Assembly: GCF_964188315.1 (NCBI RefSeq)
Contig: NC_135671.1
Coordinates: 10,106,001-10,170,000, forward strand
Reading direction: 5' to 3'
DNA length: 64,000 nt
Source: Podarcis muralis
Taxonomy: Eukaryota
Shown here: one piece after another, positions 11,498 to 24,300 of the stretch
Position numbering within the stretch: position 1 is the stretch's first letter
Layout: the number at the start of each line of letters is the position of its first letter
Notes under the pieces: generated by a model
What the model was told of the DNA's origin: nothing
Seen by the model: only the letters and a program-made list of their open reading frames with translations
Database searches by the model: none
Translations under genes and position numbers: made by a program

Positions 11498-12010
11498 CTT
11501 GCCTTCTCCTCGTCCGACCGCTAAGGAGGAAGTGACGTCAAGGCGCCCAGGAACCGAAGGCCTCAAAGGAAAAGCGTCTCTGAGCAGGTGGCGTGACGTC
11601 AGTGCGTCGCGCCTGCGCGGAGTTGAGAGGAAGACGATAGAGATAGGAAAAGGGTAGCGTCTTCTTTAAGTCCTTAACGACGCTTCCGTTGAGGGGGCTT
11701 TCGCGGTCTAAACTTCCGGCGAGCCACGAATAAGAGACGCGGGCAAAGAATCATGGTTTATTTCGGTTTTACACACAGAAAATAATTAAGGCTGTAATCT
11801 CAATTATAAGGACGGTTGAGCTTAGTAGCGCTTATTCTAAGTACAGTTTTCACGTCTACTGGCTTTTTAAGGCCGTATATCCTATTTTTTCTTATCTCTG
11901 CAAGAAGGCGACGTGAGGGACGCAAGAAAGAACCAATCCGCATGCGCAGAAATCTGCACGCTCTCCCAAGCGGATGAATTCCCTTGACCAAAAAAGTAGA
12001 ACCGGCCCGA
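11200..12010. promoter_or_regulatory. CpG-island promoter of ATP5ME with CRE, ETS/GABP and NRF1-like motifs
   Basis: TGACGTCA at 11533-11540 and 11594-11601; GGAAGTGACGTCA composite at 11528-11540; CTTCCG motifs near 11684 and 11714; CGCATGCGCA near 11939-11948. Confidence 0.7.
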
Positions 12011-12409
12011 CCCTCAGCATCTTCGTTTTTAAGCTTATAGTCCTCAGTGCTCTTGTTCTTGCGAGGTTGAAAAACTCATAGTGGTGTTGATTTTTTTAGT
12101 ATTACTAAATACTTTTACGTGATGGATTTTTTTAAATTTTAATTTTTGCTCTGCCCCCTACAACTCTGTTATTGTGGGGAACTACAACATCCAGTCCTTC
12201 TGCCCAAGGTTCTTGCTAGGCTGCCATGCCTTCTTTCAGATAGATGATGGTAATTAATTTATTTACATTTGTATACCACCTGCATCTGTAGATCTCAGGG
12301 CAGTTCACAACATTAAAAGACAAGATTAAAAGATTAAAAAGATTAAAAACACAAAATGCATAAAGTCACGCACAAAATACACAAACCAAAAAAACCCCAC
12401 CCATCCCCT

Positions 12410-12928
12410 TGTTACGGAAGGGGGGGGCATGTCTTCTTCACCTTCTTCGCTACAATATACTGTCAAATCACTCTGCTAAACCTTTCCTCCGGGCAATGCC
12501 AGGTGACAGACTATGCATACATGGACCATTGTCTTCCCATCACCGGCACTCAGGAAGCGCTTATCTGCGCATATCTCCAGCTCTGCATATTCCCCCCTCC
12601 CTCCTCCATATGTTAATCCGGTGTAACCCAACCTCTCCTTAATGTATTCATGATGTAATCTGTATAACCCAACCTTTCCTTAATGTATTCATGATGTAAC
12701 TGGGATGTATTTTGCACTGTATTCTGGGACATGGAGGGAGTTTCAAAAGTTCATGTCACCCCTTTCTCGGGGTTCAATCTGGTCTTGAACCTGTTGCGCA
12801 ATAACTTGGATCTTCTGCAGTTTGCTCCTGTCCGGCTGAGCTCATTTTCTTCCGCAGGGACCCGCGGACTTACTTAGTCCAACGAGCTGGGTGGCAGGGT
12901 AGGCCCGCACCCAGATTTAGCCGTAACA
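12410..12928. mobile_element. Solo LTR (519 bp)
   Basis: Perfect 8-bp inverted termini TGTTACGG / CCGTAACA; 4-bp TSD CCCT; internal 42-bp tandem duplication at about 12615-12699. Confidence 0.8.
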
Positions 12929-12963
12929 CCCTAAACACATTTAAAAGGGTATAAAGGCTGCAT

Positions 12964-13305
12964 TATGAATTCTGGTGCTGGAGGAGACTCTTGAGAGTCC
13001 CATGGACTGCAAGAAGATCAAACCTATCCATTCTTAAGGAAATCAGCCCTGAGTGCTCACTGGAAGGACAGATCATGAAGCTGAGGCTTTGGCCACCTCA
13101 TGAGAAGAGAAGACTCCCTGGAAAAGACCCTGATGTTGGGAAAGAGGAGGGGACGACAGAGGACGAGATGGTTAGACAGTGTTCTCGAAGCTACCAGCAT
13201 GTGTTTGACCAAACTGAGGGGGGCAGTGGAAGACAGAAACGCCTGGCGTGCTCTGGTCTATGGGGTCACAAAGAGGCAGACGCGACTAAATGACAAAACA
13301 ACAAC
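12964..13305 (+). mobile_element. RTE-BovB LINE 3' fragment
   Basis: [32 protein letters not shown]-type coding remnant; (CAA)n tail; 11-bp TSD AAAGGCTGCAT. Confidence 0.85.
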
Positions 13306-13782
13306 AAAGGCTGCATGCACACACACTGTAAGTTTAAAGTCCATCCACCCCACTCCCCAAAAAAGGATTCTTGGAAACAAGTTTGTTCAGGGTGATGGGA
13401 ATTGTAGCTCTCCGAGGGGTAAACTATAGCACAAGATCCTGTGTGTGGATGGAAATGCGCTGTTAATGTATGGTGTGTCTGCACCCTATGACAGTTTAGA
13501 GGAGATGGCACACAGAAGCCATCTGACACCTCCCCGTGCCTTCTTTAGCAGCTGGTTCCCATCAGTGCATCCAACCAAAAAAACGAGTGCCGTTTGCTCA
13601 GCTGGCTTGTGCCAGAGTATTGGACAAAAAAACGGGACATTCTGGGATCCAATCAGAAGGCTTCTGTAATTCTGGGATGTCCAGCTTAAATTGTGGCAGC
13701 TGAATTTATATACTACTGGAATCAACAGTAGCTCCGAAATCCTGCAGTAGAATAAAATAGGTACTATAAGTAGGTAGTTGGA

Positions 13783-14100
13783 GGGACCCGGGTGGCGCTG
13801 TGAGCCTAGGACTTGCCGATCAGAAGGTTGGTGGTTCAAATCCCCACAACGGGGTGTGCTCCCGTTGCTCGGTCCCTGCTCCTGTCAACCTAGCAGTTCA
13901 AAAGCACGTCAAAGTGCAAGTAGATAAATAGGTACCGCTGTGGGGGGAAGGTAAATGGCGTTTCCGCGCGCTGCTCTGGTTCGCCAGAAGCGGCTTAGTC
14001 ATACTGGCCACATGACCCGGAAGCTGTACACCGGCTCCCTCACCGCAACCCCAGAGTAGGTCACGACTGGACCTAATGGTCAGGGGTCCCTTTACCTTTA
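13783..14100 (+). mobile_element. Sauria SINE
   Basis: GGGACCCGGGTGGCGCTG head to CCCTTTACCTTTA tail. Confidence 0.88.
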
Positions 14101-15227
14101 TAAGTAGTTGGTGGAGTGGGAATGGCACCTTCAAAACCTTTAGGAGGTATACAGATTGTATGTGGGGGTAATTCATGTAAGAGTCTGTGCAAGAAGCTTA
14201 TTCTGACAACTCATTTAAGAAGAATATATTGTCTTAATAATCTACCCCTATTGCCTGGAAGCTGTTTCAATAACTATATAATACAGACTTTAAAAGCTGT
14301 TTGAACATTGTTTCCTAAATTGGATCCCGAAGAGCAGGGAAGTAGCAGATGCTAAAGATACACACACAGAGAGAGCCAACCAAAAGCCCAGAGAGAATAT
14401 CATAACACAGTATAATTAGTGAATATTATTAGCATGAGCAGCTGCAAGCAAAAGATATGAATAGCAAGAAGCAACTGTGCAAGAATGTTAAAAGGGTAGA
14501 GTTAATGGATATTTCCAAAGTGGCTCATCATTTTAATTATCAAATATATGGTGCAGCCAAGTTCCTTTTGGTGTTAATGGATCACGGAAACTAACATTAC
14601 CAGATTAATTCCTGCAATGAGGATATTGCTGTCATTGACATTCAAACTGACACACTATTGTAATGCCTTCAGTGAAATCTAATGTAAATGCCATGCAATA
14701 TTGGGTTCAGTGTTTGTAGCTTATGTAAATTATAAATAAATAAATAAGAAAAAGAAAGAGAGAGAAAATTATACAGATATTAATTGCCTGCATGCCGCTT
14801 TTTTAAACAATCCTACTGTGTTCGCACACAAACCTATTTAAATATAATATCCCTAGAAGCTTTTTTGAATCAGGATGGTGTTTTATGAATCCTAATGCTT
14901 TTTGCTTTACTTTGTCCTAAGTAATGAGTATGATCCACCCAATTACCGGTACACTTCTGTCCCACTTATTACTATGGGAAAGCCACTGCTACCATTCTGA
15001 ATTTTTGATCCCCGTTTACTTTTGTACATTGGCAAAGGCAGAGGGTTTGTCATGAAATCTTCCAGAATCCCTTCCCATTCCTGCTTTTAAAATAAAAATG
15101 CATATCAGAAGCCGCCCAAGAGTGAGCAGGTCCCCCCTCCCTTGCTAGAGAGGAAAATGTTGTTAAATTCTGCAAAATTTAACATTTTGGATCTTCTCTT
15201 TTTTTGTAAGTTCGCTGAATTACAGTA

Positions 15228-15461
15228 CAGTGGTACCTCGGGTTAAGTACTTAATTCGTTCCGGAGGTCCGTTCTTAACCTGAAGCTGTTCTTAACTTGA
15301 GGTACCACTTTAGCTAATGGGGCCTCCCGCTGCTGCCGGTGCACAATTTCTGTTCTCATCCTGAAGCAAAGTTCTTAATCCGAGGTACTATTTCTGGGTA
15401 AGCGGAGTCTGTAACCTGAAGCGTATGTAACCTGAAGTGTCTGAAACCCGAGGTACCACTG
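15228..15461. mobile_element. Tigger-like MITE
   Basis: CAGTGGTACCTCGGGTT / AACCCGAGGTACCACTG TIRs, TA TSD. Confidence 0.85.
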
Positions 15462-16048
15462 TATAGCAGTAATGGTTGAGTAATGGAAGACCCAACATTA
15501 TTGCCAGGGAAGACAATGAAACTTCCCCTCCCTCTTCTCCCTCTTGCAGTCCCACTCCAGCCGCTGATCTGTTCCTAAGGATCCTGCAATCCGATGTTAT
15601 TCAAGTGGAACTCTGTGCAAGTGGGACTCCACAACTGGATATTATCCTAAAATATATATGTTTTAATTGATGTTGGATGGTGCATTTAATATTTGAGGGG
15701 GTTGGAATTGCACTACCTAATTAAAAAGAAAGAAAAAACTTGTGTTTTGTCTGCACTATTAACGCTTCTGGCAAGCCGTCTAACAGATAACTGAATCCAA
15801 ATGTGGCACACACATTACAACGATCTCAAGAGTTTTTCACTGTATGTACTCTTAGTTCTCTTTCAGTTAAAGCAAATGACTTACTAGGCAAGTTCACGTC
15901 TAAGGAACAGTTGCCCGGCCACTGGGGAACAGAAGGTATCTCGCAGTTCTAGCCATGTATGGAATAGCTCTTGCGAGCTCAGGGTTCTTAAGACGTTTGA
16001 GATCTCCTTTGGGAGATCTGAGCTGTAAAGACAAGACCCTCCCCTTCA

Positions 16049-16054
16049 TATAAG
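16049..16054 (+). promoter_or_regulatory. Candidate TATA-like box of MYL5
   Basis: TATAAG about 60 nt upstream of the ATG|GTGAGT that ends the first exon. Confidence 0.35.
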
Positions 16055-16114
16055 AGGCAATTCATAAAGAAAAATTTGCCAGAGAAAGGCGGGCAGAGTA
16101 GCTTTCCACAAAAG

Positions 16115-19100
16115 ATGGTGAGTTTGGCCTGCGTGGCGAGATAATCTGCTTTGTTAAAACTTACAGCAGCAGCAACAACATATTCTGATTTAGGCAGTTT
16201 GAAGAGTACCTAAATTAAAGTGTGCCTTCTGTGACTCACTGCACATTTTGATGGCTGTTAATTGGAAAAAAGTCCAAATATGTATGGGATAGCTCAGTCC
16301 GTAAAGGGCCTTCTTGGTAGTGGCACCCTCCCATCATATCTTAGATAAACAAGATATCTGAAGGCAGCCCTGTTCGGGGAAGTTTTTAATGGTTGATGTT
16401 TTATTGTGTTTTTAATAATATTGTTGGGGACCATCCAGAGTGGCTGGGGCAACTCAAGACAGATGGAGGGCATATTGTTGTTGTTGTTGTGATTTTGAGT
16501 CCCATGTAGAGCAAAAGGACCCTGCATTGCAGGGCGTAAGCCTAGATGACCTTTGAAGTCCCTTCCAACACTACAGTTCTATGATAATGGTTCATGGGTT
16601 GCCATTGCTGCTGCTGAATTGTCATGCGGGGTCTATGCTGCACCGGCTGAGTTCATTTCCTGCTCTTTTCAGGCCAGCAGAAAAACCAAGAAGAAGGAAG
16701 GGGGAGCCAAGCGTGCTCAGAGAGCTTCCTCTAATGTTTTCTCCAACTTTGAACAGACACAGATTCAAGAATTTAAGGAAGTAAGAAAGTTCCCTGTCTA
16801 TGGCCGGGAGGCTCTAAATTACAAATAGGCTTGCTGTTCTGCATTTTTCTCCTCTAATATTTATCAGGGATCTGCAGCTACCTGAATCTTGAGATTTATG
16901 GAAATATGAAATGGAAAGGGGAGTGCACCCAGTCAGATGGGTGGGGTACAATTATCATCATTATCATCATGCTGACCACACCTGTAGGAAGAAAGCAGGT
17001 ATTCTCTTTGATGTCACAAACTTGGGATGCAGTTGCAGGACAGAACTTTGTAAACATTTGTTTTGATGGTTTTTTTTCATGTTAGAAACGGGGGTTATCT
17101 AAGGAATGAAGCATGTTTATTCTACAGATGAGCTGGTTGAATGCTCAATCCCTTTCCTCACAGAACCTTTGGGATCTGTAGTTCTTCTTGCAGGGTGAGG
17201 GAGATTCTCTTAACAACACCAAACTAAAACCATATGGAGCCTTTGTGGGAAGCCATCACACAAGTAAAAAAAATGAATAAATAAAGTCTGCAATCCTGAA
17301 TTCTTAGTAGTTTGAGGTTATCCCAGTTTTGAGGACTAAAGTGCAGAAAAAGTTCATTTGGAGACTAATATCCTGCATCACTGGGCTTAAACACAAAATG
17401 TTAAATCAGTAATTTATTCTAACCACAAGAACGTTTTATATCCCAATTCTCTCTCTCTCTCTCTCAATACTTTTTATAGGCTTTTACGCTAATTGATCAG
17501 AACAGAGATGGCTTCATTGATAAAGAAGACTTGAAAGATACCTATGCTTCTTTAGGCAAGTGTTGTGAAATGGTCACATCCTCCTTTAATCTCCATTTTG
17601 CAGTAACAATTGTGTTTTCCCCCATATAATGTCATTTAAATCTGTTCCTGAGCATATGTAAAATTATTTCTAAATGCATCCTGTTAACTGAAAGGCAGGA
17701 CTGGGGTCTGAAATTCAGATTCATATTTTGCTATTGCTCCTAATTTGAGCTCTCTGAGTTTTATACTGTATAGAATTTTTTAAAAAAAAAAGCCTGGGAG
17801 ATTAAATGAGAAACTGTTGAATGTTAAAAAAAATATTTTTTACTGGCACTTAAACAAATGATGGTGTCAGTGTCTCTATACCAGGCTTCCTCAAACTTTG
17901 GCCTACAACTCCCACGATCCCTAGCTAGCAGGACCAGTGGTCAGGGATGATGGGAATTGTAGTCTCAAAACATCTGGAGGGCCAAGTTTGAGGAAGCCGG
18001 CTCTATACCATCAAGCATATACAGTAGAAGTAATCCTGGTACATGCATGCTCTGATCATTTATTTTCCATTTGATTTTAGGTAAAACAAATGTCAAAGAC
18101 GATGAGTTAGAATCTATGCTTAAAGAAGCCACTGGACCGATTAATTTTACCATGTTTTTGAACCTGTTTGGGGAAAAGTTAAGTGGTAAGTTTAACACTC
18201 TCTTATTAAAACTACATCTTCCCAGAAATTTGCACGTGAAGCTAATCATGACATTTCAGATGAGTTAATTTTCTCTAAGGCAATAAAAGCAGTATTTAGC
18301 ACGGGACAAAAGTTAAAATGAAAATGAAAGGCAGAAAGGTTTAAAGTAGCAAAACTGATTGCATTTGAGGTTTTCGTCTTCTTCCTGGGGTTTTTTGGTA
18401 ACCTTATGGTAATCCAGAAAGTTACACCGGACAGCTCCCAATAAAACTAAAGCAAGCTTAAAGCACTCTTACCTTCGGCTGCATTGACTCTTCATTCCTT
18501 CTTTTTATAGGGTATCTGCACAATAACATCATCAAATCATTGTCATCCTGTATTTTCCCTGTGGTTCTTTCATCTTTTCTGCAGTCCCCCCCCCCCCCAT
18601 TTGAAAGGAAGAGTAGGAAAATCCCCCCAGACAAGAGATTCCTGTTAATACTCTTCTTTCTGGAGTATCCAGTTTTAAATGGGGTTCTCTATCGCTCAGA
18701 AGCAATAGCATGACCAGCCTAGCTTCAACTGTACCCCATTATTTTCTGCAGGTACGGACACTGAAGAGACCATATTGAACGCATTTAAAATGTTTGACCC
18801 AGAGGGTAAAGGAAACCTTAACAAGGATTAGTAAGTATTAGCTACCTAAGCAGAACCCCTGTTGGCCGCTGGACAATGAAAACACGAACCACACGCCTTC
18901 TGAATAGTTTCTATCCAAGAGCTCTGATTGCACTAAATAATGATCTCAGGGCCAGTTGCAAGAAATAGCAAGCAGGGAGTAGGAAGGAATGAGATAGGTT
19001 TTAGGTTATGTTATGCCTTTAATAGGTTATGTTATACTCTGGATTATGTTATGTTTTTATAGATTATGTCTGAATAGGATGAGAGTGTTGGAGATACGTG

Positions 19101-19187
19101 CAAATGTGTATGTGAACCCGGTCTTTGGGTGGGTGTTTGATTTTCGTTGTTGTGTATACTGTGTATATACGGACAATGACAATAAAT

Positions 19188-19239
<52 letters not shown>

Positions 19240-21038
19240 ATTGCCTGCTAAGGACCATGGACCCTTGGCTTTAAAAACGGCTCTGCTCCAATCACCTGTA
19301 GAGTGCACAAGCATGCAAAAGGAGTTATGGGTAGGAGGCGACAAACCCTTTCCCCCGCAGACCCCTTTCCCCTACCACAGGCCGTCCTCCAAAGGCATTT
19401 TGGCCCCCAACCAGGCTTTGAGTTGGAAATGAACCCAGCTCGGAGTAAAATGTTGCGGGGAAGGGCTGCGGGAATACGTGGCGGGTGGGGTGAGGGTTCA
19501 GAATGCCTTGACCATTTTGCAATTTGAAACGGCACCCCGCTCTCACTTTACACACACTCGGGAGCAGAGCCACACTGAAATGCTTAGATCCACTGCTGTT
19601 GCATGTAGTTTAGTCCTACCTTTCTACTCCTTAAGCCTGCCAACATTACACCTCATACATTGGCCTGGCTTCCATGTTATGGTTAAGGCAAAATTACTTC
19701 GTAACCATACAAATAGGCTGTCTTCCAGGTCTTCTAGGCTTGTGTATTGTCTAAATCAGCGTTGTCCAACCGTGGTCGATCACGGGTTCACTTCCGATCG
19801 CTGGTTTAAGGAAGTATTGTGTTAAAAGTCTCTGTCCCCGCCATCCTCGCTCTGTCCGACTGTTATATGCAATGGGCAGTTGTTAGTGGCAAGAAACATG
19901 CCTGTTTTGCTGCACCCACTTCTTACTGTGTTTTAAGACCTTGCCCTCCTAAAGAAAGCTCAACAACTTTGGCCTCCCCCCCCCCATGACAATGGGTAGA
20001 TAACTGCCAGTTGTTTTAGATGTGCCTGGTCTAAATCTACCATAGTTAAGGTCTTTCCTCCTTAATCAAAACTTGTAACCATAGGGAAAGCCTCGGCTGC
20101 AGTTTCTGGTTAAAGAAGTGAGATCTTAACAGTGACTCTTATGCCAGCCTTTTCATAAACAAGGTAATTTTCTCTGTTTCTCTTCTACAGCATTAAACGC
20201 TTAATGATGTCCCAAGGTGAAAAGTTCAATGCTGAAGAGGTTTGTATGTTCTATTTACCCAAAATCAATTATACTTGGCTTTTTTGTTGTTTGTTGTTTA
20301 GTCGTTTAGTCGTGTCCGACTCTTTATGACCCCATGGACCAGAGCACGCCAGGCACTCCTGTCTTCCGCTGCCTCCTGCAGTTTGGTCAAACTCATGTTC
20401 GTAGCTTCGAGAACACTGTCTAACCATCTCGTCCTCTGTTGTCCCCTTCTCCTTGTGCCCTCCATCTTTCCCAACACTAAGGTCTTTTCCAGGGAGTTTT
20501 CTCTTCTCATGAGGTGGCCAAAGTATTGGAGCCTAAGCTTCATGATCTGTCCTTCCAGTGAGCACTCAGGGCTGATTTCCTTAAGAATGGATAGGTTTGA
20601 TCTTCTTGCTATAACTATACGGACCTTAAAGCCATGGTTTTCCCAGTAGTGTTGTATGGAAGTGAGAGCTGGACCATAAAGAAGGCTGATCGCTGAAGAA
20701 TTGATGCTTTTGAATTATGGTGCTGGAGGAGTCTCTTGAGAGTCCCATGGACTGTAAGAAGATCAAACCTATCCGTTCTGAGGGAAATCAGCCCTGAGTG
20801 CTTTTAGGATGTCTGTTTTCCAAAATGCAACCAAACTTTTCAAGATGTGGCCAGGATCACATTAGTTAGACTGGTGGGAGGTGTCTCTGTTGCCCCCAGT
20901 TCTAACTATATATATATATTTCTCCCTGTTGATGTGCAGATGGATCAGATGTTCCAGAGTTCTCCTATTGATGCAGCAGGAAACCTGGATTACAAAGCTC
21001 TCTGCTATACCATCACTCACGGAGATGAAAAAGAATAG
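16115..21038 (+). CDS. MYL5: Myosin regulatory light chain 5, 7 coding exons, 172 aa
   Basis: Exons 16115-16117 (ATG only), 16673-16780, 17480-17555 (GC donor), 18081-18185, 18752-18830, 20191-20239 and 20940-21038, total 519 nt in frame. [55 protein letters not shown]... matches the MYL5-type N-terminus and EF-hand. Adjacent to ATP5ME as in human. AATAAA at 21087-21092. Confidence 0.93.
17882..18000. mobile_element. hAT MITE in MYL5 intron 3
   Basis: CAGGCTTCCTCAAAC / GTTTGAGGAAGCCGG termini; 8-bp TSD CTCTATAC. Confidence 0.82.
19190..19240. repeat. (TATC)n microsatellite
   Basis: Direct read. Confidence 0.95.
20285..20802 (-). mobile_element. RTE-BovB insertion with an inverted 5' segment, in MYL5 intron 6
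   Basis: 20285-~20612 is the BovB 3' end on the minus strand; ~20613-20802 is the upstream BovB part on the plus strand. Confidence 0.8.
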
Positions 21039-21362
21039 TCTGCCTGCTTTTGGAAACTGTGTCAACACCCATGCCCATGCAATAAGAATAAAACAAAATA
21101 AATGCATTACTTTCTCTATGACTGCAAGCACTGTGTATTTTATTTGAATATCAACCCTACAGGAAAATGTCGAGTTGGAACGTTTCATTCTTCAACAAGC
21201 TACTATATAAAATTTTGCCGCTGAAAAGAATTATTTTCAGAAAGGTATCAGTCTGGGGAGACTGCAAGTGGCATTTGCTCAAGAGCAAACTAGATGGGAT
21301 CTGTGACCGGGATCTCCTGTGTGGCTTTGTTTCCTCCTAGTTTGCAGCTTCACACGGCTGCT

Positions 21363-24300
21363 GTAATAATAATAATAATAATAATTTATTATTTGTACCC
21401 CGCCCATCTGGCTGGGTTTCCCCAGCTACTCTGGGCGGCTTCCATAGAAACCAAAAACCCCACTAAAATACCATACATTAAAAACTTCCCTGAACAGGGC
21501 TGCCTTAAGATGTCTTCTGAATGTCAGGTAGTTGTTTATCGTTTTGACATCTGATGGGAGGGCATTCCACAGGGCAGGCGGCACTACCGAAAAGGCCCTC
21601 TGCCTGGTTCCCTGTAGCTTTGCTTCTCGCAATGAGGGAACCGCCAGAAGGCCCTCGGCGCTGGACCTCAGCGTCCGGGCAGAACGATGGGGGTGGAGAC
21701 GCTCCTTCAGGTATACTGGGCCGAGGCCATTTAGGGCTTTAAAGGTCAACACCAACACTTTGAATTGTGCTCGGAAACGTACTGGGAGCCAATGTAGGTC
21801 TTTCAAGACCGGTGTTATGTGGTCTCGGCGGCTGCCCCCAGTCACCAGTCTAGCTGCCGCATTCTGGATTAGCTGTAGTTTCCGAGTCACCTTCAAAGGT
21901 AGCCCCACGTAGAGCGCATTGCAGTAGTCCAAGCGAGAGATAACTAGAGCATGCACCACTCTGGCGAGACAGTCCGCGGCCAGGTGGAGTTGGTAGACAG
22001 CTGCCCTGGATACAGAATTGACCTGCGCCTCCATGGACAGCTGTGAGTCCAAAATGACTCCCAGGCTACGCACCTGGTCCTTCAGGGGCACAGTTACCCC
22101 ATTCAGGACCAGGGAGTCCTCCACACCAGCCCGCCCCCTGTCCCCCAAAAACAGTACTTCTGTCTTGTCAGGATTCAACTTCAACCCATTAGCCGCCATC
22201 CATCCTCCAACCGCCTCCAGGCACTCACACAGGACCTTCACCGCCTTCACTGGCTCTGATTTGAAAGAGAGGTAGAGCTGGGTATCATCTGCATATTGAT
22301 GGACACCCAGTCCAAACCCCCTGATGATCTCTCCCAGCGGCTTCATATAGATGTTAAAAAGCATGGGGGAGAGGACGGAACCCTGAGGTACCCCACAAGT
22401 GAGGGCCCAAGGGTCTGAACACTCATCCCCCACCACCACTTTCTGAACACAGCCCAGGAGGAAGGAGCGGAACCACTGTATAACAGTGCCCCCAGCTCCC
22501 AACCCCTCTAGACGGTCCAGAAGGATGTTATGGTCGATTGTATCAAAGGCCGCTGAGAGATCCAGCAGAACTAGGAAACAGCTCTCACCTTTGTCCCTAG
22601 CTCGCCGGAGATCATCAACCAGTGCGACCAAGGCAGTTTCAGTCCCATGATGAGGCCTGAACCCCGATTGGAAGGGATCCAAATGGTCCGCATCCTCCAG
22701 GCGTGCCTGGAGTTGTTCAGCAACCACACACTCAATCACCTTGCCCAAGAATGGAAGATTTGAGACTGGGCGATAGTTGGCCATACTGGCCGGGTCTAAA
22801 GATGGTTTTTTAAGAAGCGGTTTAATGACCGCCTCTTTCAGCGGATCTGGGAATGTTCCCTCACAGAGGGAAGCATTCACCACCCCGCAGAGCCCATCGC
22901 CCAGCCCTTCCCGGCTTGCTTTTATTAGCCAGGATGGGCAAGGATCAAAAAGACAGGTGGTTGGTTTCACGCGTCCAAGCAGCCTGTCCACATCCTCGGG
23001 GGTAACGGATTGAAATTGGTTCCATGCAACTTGACCAGACAGAGCTCCAGCACTCTCCCGCCCCAGCCCTGCTCCCACGGTGGTGTCTAGCTCCTTCCGA
23101 ATATGAGTGATTTTATCTGCAAAAAACTTTGCAAAATCGTTGCAGGAGATCTTGGGGTCTTTACAAGGCCCCGATGTTAAAGGTGGTTCCGTTAAATTGC
23201 GGACCACCTGAAAGAGTCTCCTGCTACTATTTTCTGCAGATGCAATAGAGGCGGCGAAGAAAGTCTTCTTCGCCGTCGCTATCGCCACTTGGTAGGCTCG
23301 ACGTTGAGCTCTAACCTGTGTCCGGTCAGATTCGGAGTGAGTTTTCTGCCACCGACGCTCTAGCCGTCTCAGCGATTGTTTCATCGCCCTCAGCTCCGAA
23401 GAAAACCACGGGGCTGTCCGGGCTCCATGCAATCGGAGAGGGCGCTTCGGAGCCAGACAGTCGATAGCCCTGGTTAACTCCACATTCCAGCGGGCCACCA
23501 GGGAATCAGCTGAAAGGCCATCAACATGGGATAAAGCATCCCCTACCACTCTCTGGAAACCATTTGGATCCATTAAGTGGCGGGGGCGGACCATCCGAAT
23601 TGGTCCCACCTCCCTGCAGAGGGGGTCGCGGAGAAGTCCAGTTGCACCAGGAAGTGATCTGACCATGGCACTTCTTTAGTTTCACTTTTACTTAGTGTCA
23701 GATCACCCACGTCACTAGAGGTGAATTCCAGATCTAAGGCATGTCCATGACTATGAGTTGGGCCCAACTTATTCAGGGACAGCCCCATGGAGGCCATGCT
23801 TTCCACGAAGTCCCGAGCGGCCCCTTGTAAGGTCGTGTCGGCATGGATTTTAAAATCCCCTAGGACAACCAAACTAGGTGTCTCCAGGAGAACATCCGCC
23901 ACGACCTGAAGCAGCTCGGACAGGGAATCCTTGGTGCAGCGGGGAGGTCGGTACACCAAAAGGAATCCTGTACTGCCCCTATTGCCCAACTTCCAGAACA
24001 TGCACTCAGAAAACTGGGTCTTCCCAGTAGGACGCCTGATGCAAACTAATGACTTCCTAAAAATCACTGCAACCCCCCCCTCCCCGCCCACATGACCTGG
24101 GTTGCTGTGCGTAAGAGAAACCTGGTGGGCAAGCGGCAGCAAGGACAGGCCCATCCGCTTCATCCAACCAGGTCTCTGTCACACATGCCAGGTCAAATCC
24201 TCCATCCACAATCAGGTCGTGGATGGCAGTGGTTTTATTCATCATTGACCTGGCATTACACAGCAACACCTTCAGGTTATGTGGGTTTCCCCTGTTGATT

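Noticed and set aside
19013-19432. 139-aa ORF with LSIY repeats
   Set aside because: Translation through a (TATC)n microsatellite in MYL5 intron 5
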